Both the position numbers and the translations under genes were made by a program. 64,000 bases of DNA from Clostridia bacterium (GTDB lineage: Bacteria; Bacillota; Clostridia; TANB77; CAG-508). Below are positions 32,022 through 43,382 of the stretch, one piece after another. Numbering within the stretch: position 1 is the first letter of the stretch; each line of letters begins with the position of its first letter. The notes below the pieces were generated by a model. It did no database searches and was not told the DNA's origin. It saw only the letters and a program-made list of their open reading frames with translations. The stretch spans positions 221,104 through 285,103 of the forward strand of contig JAGAKS010000016.1 in the NCBI GenBank assembly GCA_017625465.1, given 5' to 3'.

Positions 32022-33839
32022 AATATACTCCTCATCTTCTCAAAAAAATTCTTAAATATTATATCATATTCATCATAATATTTCAAATTTGTTTTTTCAA
32101 CTTCTTCATGGTCTGGATTATACTCCACTCTAAACATATATACTTTATTTTCTAATAATAAAAAGTTGAACTCTAAATCTTCCTTTACCACTTCTACTAT
32201 TTCAAAATTATATCGAGTAAGTGCTTGAAGCTTCTGTGAAAAATGCATAGTATCAATTAAAAAATATAATTTTTCTTCTCGTAATTTTTCTTGCATTTTT
32301 AAAGTTCCTTCAGTAGTTAAATCAACAGTTTCCAAATTATATATTGGTGTATCTTTTTCTCTAACCAAAGATGCAATTTTTGAATCTCTTCCTAAAACTA
32401 GCCATGCACCATCTATATGAATTTTTTCTACATGTTTATCATCACAAAGGTCATATTTATATATAATTGCTGGCAAGTATGGTATTACAGAAAACTCATT
32501 AGATATTTCTAAAACGATATTACTCATCATAATGAAAGCTAAAATAATTATTAGCAAATTACCGATACACTTTTTTATTTGTTTCCTTATCTATATCAAC
32601 TTTTTCTAATTTTATTCCTATACTAGCAAAAATAACAATGTACAAAATAGGTATATAACATGCATATCTAGCATATCCCATTAAAAATTTTGCCCATACT
32701 ATACTTATAATTAGTGATAAAATCGATAATTGAAAAACTTTATCTTCTTTTATATTTTTGTGTTTAATTAAAGCATAAATTATATAGCTAATAGTCACAA
32801 CATATCCCATTAACCATGAGAAATCATAAACATAATAATCATAACCTAATAATGGATCTATTGAAATCAAAATTGGCCATACTAAAGCATAAAGAATATT
32901 AGGTAATCCAAAATTTATATCGTGCCATGAAATATTAGCAAAATATCTTGATTTAAAGATATTATTATAATACGGAAATAATATACTTCCAGTTTGAATA
33001 AAATTATCATAAGCATACGTTCCAAATGGTAGTACAAATAATATTATACAAATCGGAATATCTTGTATTTTTATATCTTTCAAATTTTTAATGTTTTTCA
33101 CTAAAATAAAGAAATATAAGACAAATATAATAATTATATTTGAAACTTTTATACCAGTAGCAATACCAGAATATAAAAAAGATAGATACAAGGTCTGCTT
33201 ATCTTTTATAAAATTTTCTTTTTCAAAAGCAATATATACAAGTTCTAAAATAAATATCATTGAAAGTAAATCTATGTGATAAACACAAATATATCCATAT
33301 ATCACATGTATAAGATAACAAAGATTAGCATATATTGGTATATATTTTGAATTACTCTTACTCACAGTTCGAATTAAACTTTTAGTTTGATAATAAGCAA
33401 CTATAACTGCATACCAAGATAGAATTGTTCCAAATCTATAACCAAAAATTAATCTAAAAAAATAATGCATTCTATCTCCCAACGGAAATAAAAAACTATT
33501 AATAGTTCTACCTGGGAAAAAATCGAAATTAATTTTGTCTATAAAAGGTGTTTCTTGTAAATATATATGATAATTATTAGTATCCCATACCTCATCAGCC
33601 AAAAATACTTTTGCAAGTAAAGTCAATACAAGCATTATAAACATTATGATATCATATTTTTCAAAATCTGTTTTTATCTTTATCTTTTTTCGATTTATAA
33701 AAATAATACAAGTAGCAATTGCAAAACTAATTGCAATTGCTAACCAATAATCCAATTTAAAAACATATATTAAAATATCTGCAACTGAAATTACACTTGC
33801 TATTAATAACATTACAAAAAAATGTACATTAAATTTCAT
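32000..33839 (-). CDS. Multi-pass membrane protein (GT-C-like); one ~612-aa protein via +1 shift at CGGT 32561-32564
   Basis: Upstream ORF ends TAT CGG TAA; the +1 frame reads GGT AAT TTG CTA ATA into the 32000-32557 ORF, which has no RBS of its own. Confidence 0.68.
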
Positions 33840-33854
33840 ATTTTTCTCTTTCGG

Positions 33855-35087
33855 TTATTTTTTTCTTCTAATAATCCAGCCTTTTTCAACACTATGTGGA
33901 ATGTTTAAAATAACTTTTTGTTCAGCTTTACCTGGATTTACAGTATCTATTTCTTCATCTGTTTCATCATTCCATAATTTATCAATTGTAAATACTTCTG
34001 GTTCAATATGACCTGGAACAATAAGCTCCAATGTATCTCTTACGCTCAACTTGTTTCTAATTTCTATTAATACTCTTCCATCTGGTAAAGTTTCTAGAAC
34101 TTTTCCACCAAATTCATAAAAGCTATTATACTGTCTTCCTGAATAATCTTGAAAATCTTTGTTATTTCTATCATTAAAATAAAAAGTAGTTAATCCTCTT
34201 GTTTTTGTTTTTTCTAATTCTACTAAATATTTTTCAGGATTGTAATGTTCTGGATCTCGCATATAATCATCAATAGCTGTTCTATACGCATTTACTACTG
34301 TGGCTACATAGTACTCTGTTTTTAATCTGCCTTCTATTTTTAAACTATCAATCCCCATATCTATAATTTCAGGTATTTCAGCAATTAAGCACAAATCTTT
34401 TGAAGAAAATATATATGTACCTTTTTCATCTGTTTCAACTGGCATTAAATTTCCAGGGTTATTTGTTTCTTCGACATATACATTATATGCCCATCTACAA
34501 CTTTGTGCACAATCTCCTAAATTTCCACTTCTACCAGCTAAAAATTCACTCAAAAAGCATCTACCAGAATATCCAAAACATAAAGCTCCATGTATAAACA
34601 TTTCTATTGTCAAATCTTTTGGTTTATTTTTCATAATTTCTTTTAATTGTTCTTTGTTTAATTCTCTACCTAAAACTACTCTTTTTGCACCATTTTTATA
34701 CCAGAAATTACAAGCATGCCAACTTACAGTATTAGCTTGTGTACTAATGTGTATTTCAACATCTGGTGCAGCTTCTTTAACTGCATCTACAACTCCACCA
34801 TCTGATATAATAATTCCATCAACTTTTAAGTCATTTAATATTTTTGCTTGATTCTTTATTTCTTCATAAGTTTCATCCCAAGCATATATATTTATAGCTG
34901 CATATACTTTTTTACCTAGTTTATGCGCATATTCAACTGTTTTAACTAAATCATTATCATCAACTTCTGATCTTGAACGCAATGACAATTTTGGTGTTCC
35001 ACAATATACAGCATCTGCTCCATACATAAAAGCGATTTTTGCTTTTTCAAAAGAGCCTGCTGGTGCCAATAATTCTGTTTTTTTCAT
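33855..35087 (-). CDS. U32 peptidase family protein (TrhP-like tRNA hydroxylation)
   Basis: ELLAPAGS, GADAVY, HISTQAN, HGALCFGYSGRC, CAQSCRW, SLKIEGR. Confidence 0.88.
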   Translation of the reverse strand: MKKTELLAPAGSFEKAKIAFMYGADAVYCGTPKLSLRSRSEVDDNDLVKTVEYAHKLGKKVYAAINIYAWDETYEEIKNQAKILNDLKVDGIIISDGGVVDAVKEAAPDVEIHISTQANTVSWHACNFWYKNGAKRVVLGRELNKEQLKEIMKNKPKDLTIEMFIHGALCFGYSGRCFLSEFLAGRSGNLGDCAQSCRWAYNVYVEETNNPGNLMPVETDEKGTYIFSSKDLCLIAEIPEIIDMGIDSLKIEGRLKTEYYVATVVNAYRTAIDDYMRDPEHYNPEKYLVELEKTKTRGLTTFYFNDRNNKDFQDYSGRQYNSFYEFGGKVLETLPDGRVLIEIRNKLSVRDTLELIVPGHIEPEVFTIDKLWNDETDEEIDTVNPGKAEQKVILNIPHSVEKGWIIRRKK

Positions 35088-35188
35088 TTAATTATCTCCT
35101 TTTCAAATTACTAAGTTATTATATCAAAAAATAATTAGAACTTCAATATTTTATCAAATTTTGTAATTCATTTAAATATCTATAATAA

Positions 35189-35217
35189 TTGCTTTTACTG
35201 GATTTTTATGGTATAAT
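35189..35217 (+). promoter_or_regulatory. sigmaA-type promoter of the synthetase-like gene
   Basis: TTGCTT-17 bp-TATAAT with TG extension. Confidence 0.55.
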
Positions 35218-35242
35218 TAATAATAGTGGAAAAGGAGATTTT

Positions 35243-36946
35243 ATGGAATTTTATAAAACCGAATTGCCTAGCAATTTTTTATTAGAAATAACAAAGATTC
35301 CGGGCTCTAAGGATGAAGTTTGCAAACAAGCAATAGCACATTATAGAATTTTTCAAACACATCCAGACCCAATTATAAGTCAAATTGCATATGCTATGGT
35401 TGGAAATTTAACTGAATATTATGAAATATCTCATCAAGGTAGTAAAAAATTTGAATTAGCAATACCTCATTTATCTGATGTTGCTAATTTTATGGATTCA
35501 AAAAACACACCTGTTATGGATATTCAATCTACTGCACGTATTAAGTCTTTTTATAGTGTTTATGAAAAGCTTTTATTAGAATGCTCTAATAAACTTGAAC
35601 AAAAAAAATCCATTCCCGAAAAAGGATTAGCTAAAGATATTATTGCAACTCGTGATATTTTATATCCACGTTATCAATTCAAAAATGACCCACAAGCTTT
35701 TTATAAAAGTGTTTATGGAGCAGTTTTAGAATTTATGGAGTATATAGACAATCTAAGTCAAAACAACCCAGATTATGGATTAGAACCTTTAACACCTGAA
35801 AAGCAATATGAATTTAAAAGGCCAAAAAAATATACTTTTTCATCTGATGAAGTAATTCTTCCACAAAAAGATTTTATAGATTATGCTTTAGAAATAAAAA
35901 AAGTTCCACACATTTACAGAGTTTTAGCATCTCTATCAACTGATATAGATGAAGCCACAATGTTATCTAACTTACAACAAATTCAAGGTGAGATATCTTC
36001 AGAAGAGTTGTATAATTTGCCTCTTGTTAAAGCTCTAAGAAAAGAAATTAAAAGAAATTCTCTTATTAATTTCAGAGACAACTTAGAGAAAAAAATATTT
36101 GATAGTATGCCAAATGAACAAATGTATAAAGATTACAAAAACATGTCAACAGAAGATTTTATATATATTCATGAGAAAAGTTTAAAACCTGAATTTAAAG
36201 ACTATATTTCAATAATTTCTACAATAGATAATTCTATGAAAACAGGTGTTGATATTAATCAATTAGCTAGTGTAATTAAAGGAGAAAAAATAACCAAAGA
36301 AGCTCTAGCTTCTGAATTTGAATTAGCTGCTATAAATCAAGAACTAAATTTAGAAAAAAGTATTACACAATTTACCACACTTGATATAGCAAACTTCTCT
36401 AAAAATTTGGAACAAGCAAAAAAAATTCAATACTATGCATCTTGTTCTAAAGATTATATGAGATATCCAAAAGAAATTGGTTATCAATCTTTACATACAA
36501 TAGTAAAAACTCCTTTTGGAAGATATGAAAAACAATTTAGAACTTATGAACAACATAAATTTGCAGAAAATGGTCCTGCTAGTCACAGTCAAACCTACAA
36601 GCCTTATGAAAAAGAAAATTTTCATAGACTAAAAGTTTGTACTCCACTTATGCCAGCTAGAAATGATGAAGGTGATATTATTCTGCCAATTTCTTTAGCT
36701 CCTTTAAGTTTAAATGATGCTATTAAAGAATATTATCATAAAGACTTTAAATTCTTCTCTGGTATGTCAATGGAAATGTTTGAATTAGCACATCCAGATG
36801 ATTTTGATGAAGCAATGCTTGCTTTAAGTGAACCTAATGATAAATTAATTACTAGAATAAAAAATACTTTTAAAGTTTTAAGAAGTAAACTTGCACCAAA
36901 ACAAAAAACACTTAATATACCAACTGATAACGGTGAACAAAGATAA
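35243..36946 (+). CDS. RelA/SpoT-type (p)ppGpp synthetase-domain protein with a large internal insertion
   Basis: ARIKSFYSVYEKL, KDIIATR, then about 260 aa later KDYMRYPKEIGYQSLHT and EKQFRTYEQHKFAENGPASH; ATG after AGGAG. Confidence 0.75.
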   Translation: MEFYKTELPSNFLLEITKIPGSKDEVCKQAIAHYRIFQTHPDPIISQIAYAMVGNLTEYYEISHQGSKKFELAIPHLSDVANFMDSKNTPVMDIQSTARIKSFYSVYEKLLLECSNKLEQKKSIPEKGLAKDIIATRDILYPRYQFKNDPQAFYKSVYGAVLEFMEYIDNLSQNNPDYGLEPLTPEKQYEFKRPKKYTFSSDEVILPQKDFIDYALEIKKVPHIYRVLASLSTDIDEATMLSNLQQIQGEISSEELYNLPLVKALRKEIKRNSLINFRDNLEKKIFDSMPNEQMYKDYKNMSTEDFIYIHEKSLKPEFKDYISIISTIDNSMKTGVDINQLASVIKGEKITKEALASEFELAAINQELNLEKSITQFTTLDIANFSKNLEQAKKIQYYASCSKDYMRYPKEIGYQSLHTIVKTPFGRYEKQFRTYEQHKFAENGPASHSQTYKPYEKENFHRLKVCTPLMPARNDEGDIILPISLAPLSLNDAIKEYYHKDFKFFSGMSMEMFELAHPDDFDEAMLALSEPNDKLITRIKNTFKVLRSKLAPKQKTLNIPTDNGEQR

Positions 36947-36965
36947 AATATACAATAGCCCCTTA

Positions 36966-37305
36966 TTATTTAGGGGCTATAATTTTTTCTAAATACTCTA
37001 ATCCTTCTTTTTTTTCTAATAATTTTATATTCATTCCCTCTTCTTCCATTTTTTTAATAATGTCACAAGTTTCATCTTTAGAGTCTAAATCAATTACAAC
37101 TAAATTATTATAGAAATTTCTGGAAAAATTTAATTGTCTTATGTAATTTTCAATTCCGTTCTTCTGCATTTTCTACTGTTAAAACAAGTTTTACTTTGTC
37201 TTTTATTTTCTTGTATGAAACATCTTCCATTATGTCTTTTATTATATTTAATAATCCATACACGCATAAAATCCAAATAACAACCTCTACTATAAAATTT
37301 AACAT
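36966..37305 (-). CDS. Small membrane-anchored protein with a GT2-like fragment; ~112 aa via +1 shift at CGGA 37155-37158
   Basis: ATG at 37305 after GAGGTG: MLNFIVEVVIWILCVYGLL..LVLTVENAEE then CGG AAT TGA; +1 frame GIENYIRQL..LVVIDLDSKDET. Confidence 0.75.
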
Positions 37306-37377
37306 ACCAATCACCTCATTTTGTTATATGTTATATTTTATGTAGATTTATAAAATTTGTTACCTAATTATGTTCTT

Positions 37378-38661
37378 TTAAAAGTCAATATCTTGTTTAG
37401 AATATTCTTTTGGTTTAAGTCCAAATCTCGTTCTCATATAATCTAATGTTAAAACTAGTGCAATAAAACCTATCAATCCTATAAGTAAAAAAGCCTGTTC
37501 TATTGTAACTACTTGTACTAGTTTTCCAGCCAAAAATGTGGCTATTGCAGAAGCCATACAACCTATAAATTCATAAGTAAATGCAATTTTTGTTCTAGCT
37601 TTTTCAGTGGTAAAATTCTTTAAATATTTACCTTCTAATATATACCAAATTGATGTAGCAATTTTAGTAATTACTAACAAAACTAATATTATTGGAATAA
37701 TAGCTCTACCTTTAAAATCGCAAGTAATCATACCTATTAAAATTATAGGTAAAATATATAAAATAGATATAAAAGTTAAAGTTCTATTTTTATATTTCTT
37801 TTCGATTGTTTCTCTCATATTAACTGCTATTGCTGCAATAAAAGTAAATACCGCAAATATTATTGAAAACTGTTCTTCTGAAACACCTACATCAAGTAAT
37901 AAATCACTTCTATAAATATCTATTATTCTAACTAAACTATAAAAAACAACTCTAAATAAAATAAATGCCTTCATTCTATTAGAATTAAAAATAAATTTGC
38001 AAGTATCTTTTAAATCTTTTCCATAGGATTTGAAAGTAGCTATTACGTTATTTTTTCTTTCTTGTTTTAAATCGTATACATCTGAAAATCCACAAGAAAT
38101 AATTGTAGAAATTGCCAAAAAAGTAAAGCAAATAATAACCGGTATATAATTATTAATAACAAATAAATAACCTGCTATTAAGGAAGCTGTACCTTCTAAA
38201 ATGTAATACATACTTCCACCTTTAGAATCTATTTTCGTATATAATCCATCTCCACCTTTAGTGGCTACTGAATCATATAACAAATTACCTTCTGATAAAT
38301 TTTTTATTCCATAACCAAAAGCACACATAAACTTTCCAAGCATTATTATATACTTGTTAGGTGCAATAATTAATATAAGCATATATAGTGCTGCTAAAGC
38401 ATTACCTAATACAATACTGTTTTTTCTACCTAAAAAATCACATATTGTAACAGATGGAATTTGAACTATCATTTTACACAATAAATAGAATGCATCTAAA
38501 AATAAAACATCTGCAACATCTATTTTTTTAGTTATTGTTAAAAATAAAAATTCTATTGAATAAAAACATAATAAATCCCAAGAAAACATTTTGTATATTG
38601 GGTATAACTTTGCATTTCTTCTTCTAACCTGCTTCATTTTTCTTTTGTTTTGCGATTTCAT
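37378..38661 (-). CDS. MFS transporter
   Basis: About 12 hydrophobic segments; DFLGRK motif A. Confidence 0.8.
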   Translation of the reverse strand: MKSQNKRKMKQVRRRNAKLYPIYKMFSWDLLCFYSIEFLFLTITKKIDVADVLFLDAFYLLCKMIVQIPSVTICDFLGRKNSIVLGNALAALYMLILIIAPNKYIIMLGKFMCAFGYGIKNLSEGNLLYDSVATKGGDGLYTKIDSKGGSMYYILEGTASLIAGYLFVINNYIPVIICFTFLAISTIISCGFSDVYDLKQERKNNVIATFKSYGKDLKDTCKFIFNSNRMKAFILFRVVFYSLVRIIDIYRSDLLLDVGVSEEQFSIIFAVFTFIAAIAVNMRETIEKKYKNRTLTFISILYILPIILIGMITCDFKGRAIIPIILVLLVITKIATSIWYILEGKYLKNFTTEKARTKIAFTYEFIGCMASAIATFLAGKLVQVVTIEQAFLLIGLIGFIALVLTLDYMRTRFGLKPKEYSKQDIDF

Positions 38662-38826
38662 TACTTTTCTCCTGTTTTATAATAGAAATTTTTATCATCA
38701 TTAAAATTATTTGATTTAATCAATACTATCATTATATATTTATAATACTTTTAAATATTTTATCAATAAAAGCATAAAATTTCAAGCAAAAAAATAAAAC
38801 CCTAAAAAGGGTTCTACTTTTATAAA

Positions 38827-39336
38827 TTATAATAATTGTAATATTGCCATTTCAGCATTATCTCCACGTCTTGGTTCCATTTTTAATATTCTAGTGTATC
38901 CACCTTGTCTACCTTCATATTTTGGAGCTAATTCGTTAAATAATTTGTCTAGTAAGTCAACATCTTTAACTTTGTTAACTTTTTTCATAATGTTTCTTCT
39001 AGCGCTTAATCTTGATGGCATATCTTTTTGTCTTTTTTCTGTAGTTGTTTCTTTAACAACTTTTAAATATTCTTTACCGTTTTTGCTTGTAGCTTTTTCA
39101 GTAACTTTTTTTCCGTTTTTATCTAATTTTGCTTTTACAACTTTAACATCAACTTCTTCAAAGTTTTTGTGTTCTTTAACAGCTAATGCAATAATGCTAT
39201 CTGCTATAGCTTTTACTTCTTTAGCTCTTGCTTCAGTTGTAACTATTTTACCATTTAATAATAAATCTGTAGTTTGTGTTTTAAGCATTGCTAATCTTTG
39301 ATCTGTTGGTTTTCCAAGTTTTCTTGTTCCTGCCAC
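38827..39336 (-). CDS. rplQ: 50S ribosomal protein L17 (with internal insertion)
   Basis: RKLGKPTDQRLAML..GGYTRILK..RRGDNAEM. Confidence 0.95.
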   Translation of the reverse strand: MAGTRKLGKPTDQRLAMLKTQTTDLLLNGKIVTTEARAKEVKAIADSIIALAVKEHKNFEEVDVKVVKAKLDKNGKKVTEKATSKNGKEYLKVVKETTTEKRQKDMPSRLSARRNIMKKVNKVKDVDLLDKLFNELAPKYEGRQGGYTRILKMEPRRGDNAEMAILQLL

Positions 39337-39357
39337 TTTATTTCACCTTCCTTAATC

Positions 39358-40305
39358 TTAATCTTCTTCAGATGTAAAGTTTAAACCTAAAGCAATAAGT
39401 TTGTTTGTAACTTCATCTAATGATTTTTTACCTAAGTTTCTAACTTTCATCATATCTTCTTGAGATTTATTTGCTAAATCTTCAACTGTAGCTATACCAG
39501 CTCTTTTTAAACAATTGTATGATCTTACAGAAAGTTCAAGTTCTTCTATTGGCATTTCTAAAACTTTTTCTTTCTTAGATTCTTCTTTTTCAACCATAAC
39601 TTGTGTATTTCTAGCTGTTTCAGATAAATCTATAAATAGTTCTAAATGACCTACCATAACTTTTGCAGCTAAGCTTAAAGCTTCAAAAGGTTTTAAACTT
39701 CCGTCTGTCCATACTTCGATTGTTAATTTATCATAGTCAACCATTTGACCAACCCTTGTATTTTCAACTGTATAATTAACTTTTTTTACAGGTGTAAAGA
39801 TTGAATCTATTGGTAATACGTCTATTGGACTATTTTCTTTTTTATTTTTTTCTGCAACATTGTATCCTCTTGCTCTATTTACTGTCATTTCCATATGTAA
39901 ATCACAGTTTGCAGATGTTGTTGCAATATGTAGTTCTGGATTTAATATTTCAACTGTACCATCAGTAGTAATATCTCCAGCTGTAACTTCTCCAGCACCT
40001 TTAAAATCTATTCTAATTATTTTTTCTTCATTATCAAATACTTTAAGTCTTACATTTTTTAAATTAACAATTAACTCAGGAACATCTTCTACAACACCTT
40101 GTACTGTAGAAAATTCATGTACTACGCCATTTATTTTAACACTTGTTATTGCAGCTCCTGGTAGTGATGATAATAGAATTCTTCTTAAAGAGTTTCCTAT
40201 TGTCATACCATAACCACGCTCTAATGGTTCACATATGAATTTTGCATAATTCCTCTTATCGTCTGTTTCCACACATTCAATATTTGGTTTTTCAAATTCA
40301 ATCAT
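39358..40305 (-). CDS. rpoA: RNA polymerase subunit alpha
   Basis: [35 protein letters not shown]. Confidence 0.98.
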   Translation of the reverse strand: MIEFEKPNIECVETDDKRNYAKFICEPLERGYGMTIGNSLRRILLSSLPGAAITSVKINGVVHEFSTVQGVVEDVPELIVNLKNVRLKVFDNEEKIIRIDFKGAGEVTAGDITTDGTVEILNPELHIATTSANCDLHMEMTVNRARGYNVAEKNKKENSPIDVLPIDSIFTPVKKVNYTVENTRVGQMVDYDKLTIEVWTDGSLKPFEALSLAAKVMVGHLELFIDLSETARNTQVMVEKEESKKEKVLEMPIEELELSVRSYNCLKRAGIATVEDLANKSQEDMMKVRNLGKKSLDEVTNKLIALGLNFTSEED

Positions 40306-40382
40306 TTTTACCTCCTAAATAGGTCTATTATAACCTCAATAAATTTTACCTCTTACGCATGTACTCCTAAGTATTTATACTA

Positions 40383-41009
40383 TTATTTAGAGTATAACTC
40401 AACGATTAAGTGTTCTTCAACTGGTAAATCAATTTCTTCTCTATTAACTAATCTAACAACTTTACCACTTAATTTTTCACTATTTAGTTCTAACCATTCT
40501 GGAACTGGTCTAGTAGCACCAGCTTCAACGTTAGCTTTGATAACTGGATTGTCTTTTCTAATTTCTCTAACTGAAATTACATCTCCAGCTTTTACTAAAT
40601 AAGAAGCTATATCAACTTTTTTACCATTAACTTCAAAATTACCATGTGTTACCATTTGTCTAGCTTGTGCTCTTGAAGCACCAAAACCTAATCTGTAAAC
40701 AACATTATCTAATCTTGATTCTAATATTTGAAGTAAGTTTGTACCTGTGATACCTTTTTTATTAGAAGCCATTTCAAAGTAACCTCTAAATTGTTTTTCT
40801 CCTACTCCATAGAATGATTTTGTTTTTTGTTTTTCTCTTAATTGAGTACCGTATTCAGAAAGTTTAGTTCTTTTTTGTCCATGTTGACCAGGAGCATAAT
40901 TTCTTCTAGTAACACTACATTTATCTGAGTAGCATCTTGAACCTTTTAAGAATAACTTTTGTCCTTCTCTACGGCATATACGACATTGCTCATCTTTATA
41001 TCTTGCCAT
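40383..41009 (-). CDS. rpsD: 30S ribosomal protein S4
   Basis: [28 protein letters not shown]. Confidence 0.98.
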   Translation of the reverse strand: MARYKDEQCRICRREGQKLFLKGSRCYSDKCSVTRRNYAPGQHGQKRTKLSEYGTQLREKQKTKSFYGVGEKQFRGYFEMASNKKGITGTNLLQILESRLDNVVYRLGFGASRAQARQMVTHGNFEVNGKKVDIASYLVKAGDVISVREIRKDNPVIKANVEAGATRPVPEWLELNSEKLSGKVVRLVNREEIDLPVEEHLIVELYSK

Positions 41010-41071
41010 GTGATTATTACACCTCTTTCTTAAAATTTAAATAAATAAAAATATAACTCTCTTTGTTAATC

Positions 41072-41470
41072 CTATACTCTTCTTCTTTTTGGTGGTCTAC
41101 AACCATTGTGAGGTATTGGAGTAACGTCTTTAATCATTGTTATTTCTAATCCAGCTGTTTGTAAAGCTCTGATTGCTGCTTCACGTCCAGCACCTGGTCC
41201 TTTAACATAAACATCAACTGTTTTTAATCCATGTTCCATTGCAGCTTTTGATGCTGTTTCAGCAGCTTGACCAGCTGCGAAAGGTGTACTTTTTCTTGAA
41301 CCTTTAAATCCAAGTCCACCTGCACTAGCCCAAGATATAACATTACCTTGAGTATCTGTAATTGAAACTATTGTATTATTAAAGCTAGAATGAATATGAG
41401 CTGAACCTTTATCTATGTTTTTTCTCTCTCTTCTTCTAACAACTGTTTTCTTTACGTTAGCTTTTGCCAT
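41072..41470 (-). CDS. rpsK: 30S ribosomal protein S11
   Basis: [27 protein letters not shown]. Confidence 0.98.
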   Translation of the reverse strand: MAKANVKKTVVRRRERKNIDKGSAHIHSSFNNTIVSITDTQGNVISWASAGGLGFKGSRKSTPFAAGQAAETASKAAMEHGLKTVDVYVKGPGAGREAAIRALQTAGLEITMIKDVTPIPHNGCRPPKRRRV

Positions 41471-41508
41471 TTGGTTTTTCCTCCTTATAATTTTCCATTA
41501 GCTATATG

Positions 41509-41880
41509 CTATTTAGCTGCTTTGCTCTTGCTTACTAATTTTCTTGGGCCTTTTCTTGTACGAGCGTTTGTTTTTGTTCTTTGTCCTCTTACAGGTAATC
41601 CTCTTCTATGTCTGATTCCTCTGTAACATCCTATTTCTGTAAGTCTTTTAATATTTAAAGCTACTTCTCTTCTTAAGTCACCTTCAACTTTGTATCCGTC
41701 CATAGCTTTTCTTATACTAGCAACTTCATCGTCTGTTAAATCTTTTACTCTAGTATCTGGATTAACTCCAGCTTCTTTAAGAATTTTTTGTGAGCTTGAT
41801 AGTCCAATACCATATACATATGTAAGTCCTATTTCTACTCTTTTTTCTCTAGGTAAATCTACTCCTGCTATACGAGCCAT
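41509..41880 (-). CDS. rpsM: 30S ribosomal protein S13
   Basis: [27 protein letters not shown]. Confidence 0.98.
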   Translation of the reverse strand: MARIAGVDLPREKRVEIGLTYVYGIGLSSSQKILKEAGVNPDTRVKDLTDDEVASIRKAMDGYKVEGDLRREVALNIKRLTEIGCYRGIRHRRGLPVRGQRTKTNARTRKGPRKLVSKSKAAK

Positions 41881-42077
41881 AAATTTTAGCACCTCCAAAT
41901 TTTATCTTTCTTTTTGCTATAAGCATTTTTTGGTTTAAAGCATTTAAGTTTGAAATGTACCAAAAAGGTAGTACTTAAAACTTTTCCCAAACATATATAT
42001 AAACACAAATATGAAATCAGTATGAATACTGACAGCCGCACATACTTGTGTTAATATCTAAATTGTTTTGTTAAAAA

Positions 42078-42191
42078 TTAACCTTGTCTTTGTTTGTGTT
42101 TTGGGTTTTCGCAAATTACTCTGATAACACCTTTTCTTTTAATTACTTTGCATTTTTCACACATTTTTTTAACTGATGGTCTTACTTTCAT
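42078..42191 (-). CDS. rpmJ: 50S ribosomal protein L36 (not in the ORF track)
   Basis: Manual translation [37 protein letters not shown]. Confidence 0.97.
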   Translation of the reverse strand: MKVRPSVKKMCEKCKVIKRKGVIRVICENPKHKQRQG

Positions 42192-42252
42192 TTCTCTTCC
42201 TCCTCTTTCTAACTTCTCTTATTATCTTTTTTGGGTTAATACTTATTTAATA

Positions 42253-42471
42253 CTATTTAGCTCTCCATGTAATACGACCTTTTGTTAAATCGTATGGTGA
42301 TAATTCTAGTTTTACTTTATCGCCTGGAAGAATTTTTATATAGTTCATTCTAAGTTTTCCTGAAATGTGAGCTAATACTTGATGTCCATTTTCAAGTTCA
42401 ACCTTAAAATTAGTATTTGGTAATGTTTCAATAACAGTTCCTTCTACTTCAATAACATCTTCTTTAGACAA
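42253..42471 (-). CDS. infA: Translation initiation factor IF-1
   Basis: [30 protein letters not shown]. Confidence 0.98.
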   Translation of the reverse strand: MSKEDVIEVEGTVIETLPNTNFKVELENGHQVLAHISGKLRMNYIKILPGDKVKLELSPYDLTKGRITWRAK

Positions 42472-42561
42472 GTTAGTTCCCTCCTACTTTTTGCCAAATT
42501 TCAGGCTGTAATACCTGAAAAATCAGCAATTCAAAACATTTTCACTATAATAAGCTAGTAT

Positions 42562-42590
42562 AGTATATACTATTTTTAGGCAATTGTCAA
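42562..42590 (-). promoter_or_regulatory. Internal sigmaA promoter for the infA-rpmJ-alpha operon
   Basis: TTGACA-17 bp-TATACT overlapping the end of map. Confidence 0.65.
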
Positions 42591-43346
42591 GATTTTTGGC
42601 TCATTTTCTGTAATTAAAATTGTATTTTCATAATGAGCTGACAAACTTCCATCTTGAGTAGCAATTGACCATCCATCTTCAAGTTCCCAAATATCTGGTT
42701 TTCCTACCATTACCATAGGTTCTATGCATATTGTCATGCCTGGTTCTAATCTAGGACCTTTACCTGGTTTTCCTATATTTGGCACTCCTGGATCTTCATG
42801 CATTTCTTTTCCAATTCCATGACCTTGAAATTCTCTAACTAAACTAAATCCAAAACTTTTAACATAAGTTTCAATGGCATGTGATATATCACCAATTCTA
42901 TTTCCTGGTTTTGCCATTTTTAAACCTTCATAAAAAGCTTGCTCAGTAACTGCAACTAATTCTTGAGCTTCTTTAGAACAATTTCCTACTAAATAAGTTC
43001 TAGCTGCATCTCCCATATAACCATTTTTTTGAACTACTGTGTCTATACTTACTACGTCACCATCTTTTATTATAATATTTTTAGATGGCACTCCATGAAT
43101 TACAACATCATTTATAGAAATACATAGTGATCCAGAAAAATTTGGTACTCCTCTAATTCCACTTGGATAACCTTTTTCTGCTGGAATTCCCCCATGTTCT
43201 CTAATAAAATTTTCTGCTAATTTATCTAATTCATAAGTAGACATACCAGGTTTTATAATTTTTTCGATATAATCATAAGTTAAAGCAGTAAGCTTTCCAG
43301 CTTCTTGCATTAACTCAATCTCTTTTTTAGATTTTATAGTTATCAT
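42576..43346 (-). CDS. map: Methionine aminopeptidase type I
   Basis: CISINDVVIHG, DAART, GHGIG..HEDP, IEPM, SAHYENT. Confidence 0.96.
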   Translation of the reverse strand: MITIKSKKEIELMQEAGKLTALTYDYIEKIIKPGMSTYELDKLAENFIREHGGIPAEKGYPSGIRGVPNFSGSLCISINDVVIHGVPSKNIIIKDGDVVSIDTVVQKNGYMGDAARTYLVGNCSKEAQELVAVTEQAFYEGLKMAKPGNRIGDISHAIETYVKSFGFSLVREFQGHGIGKEMHEDPGVPNIGKPGKGPRLEPGMTICIEPMVMVGKPDIWELEDGWSIATQDGSLSAHYENTILITENEPKILTIA

Positions 43347-43382
43347 TTCAAAATCTCCTCTTTTTATATCCACATCCTGCAA

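Noticed and set aside
39358-40305. AGG as a second shift-prone codon
   Set aside because: rpoA has in-frame AGG codons (AAG AGG AAT; ACA AGG GTT) and stays in frame
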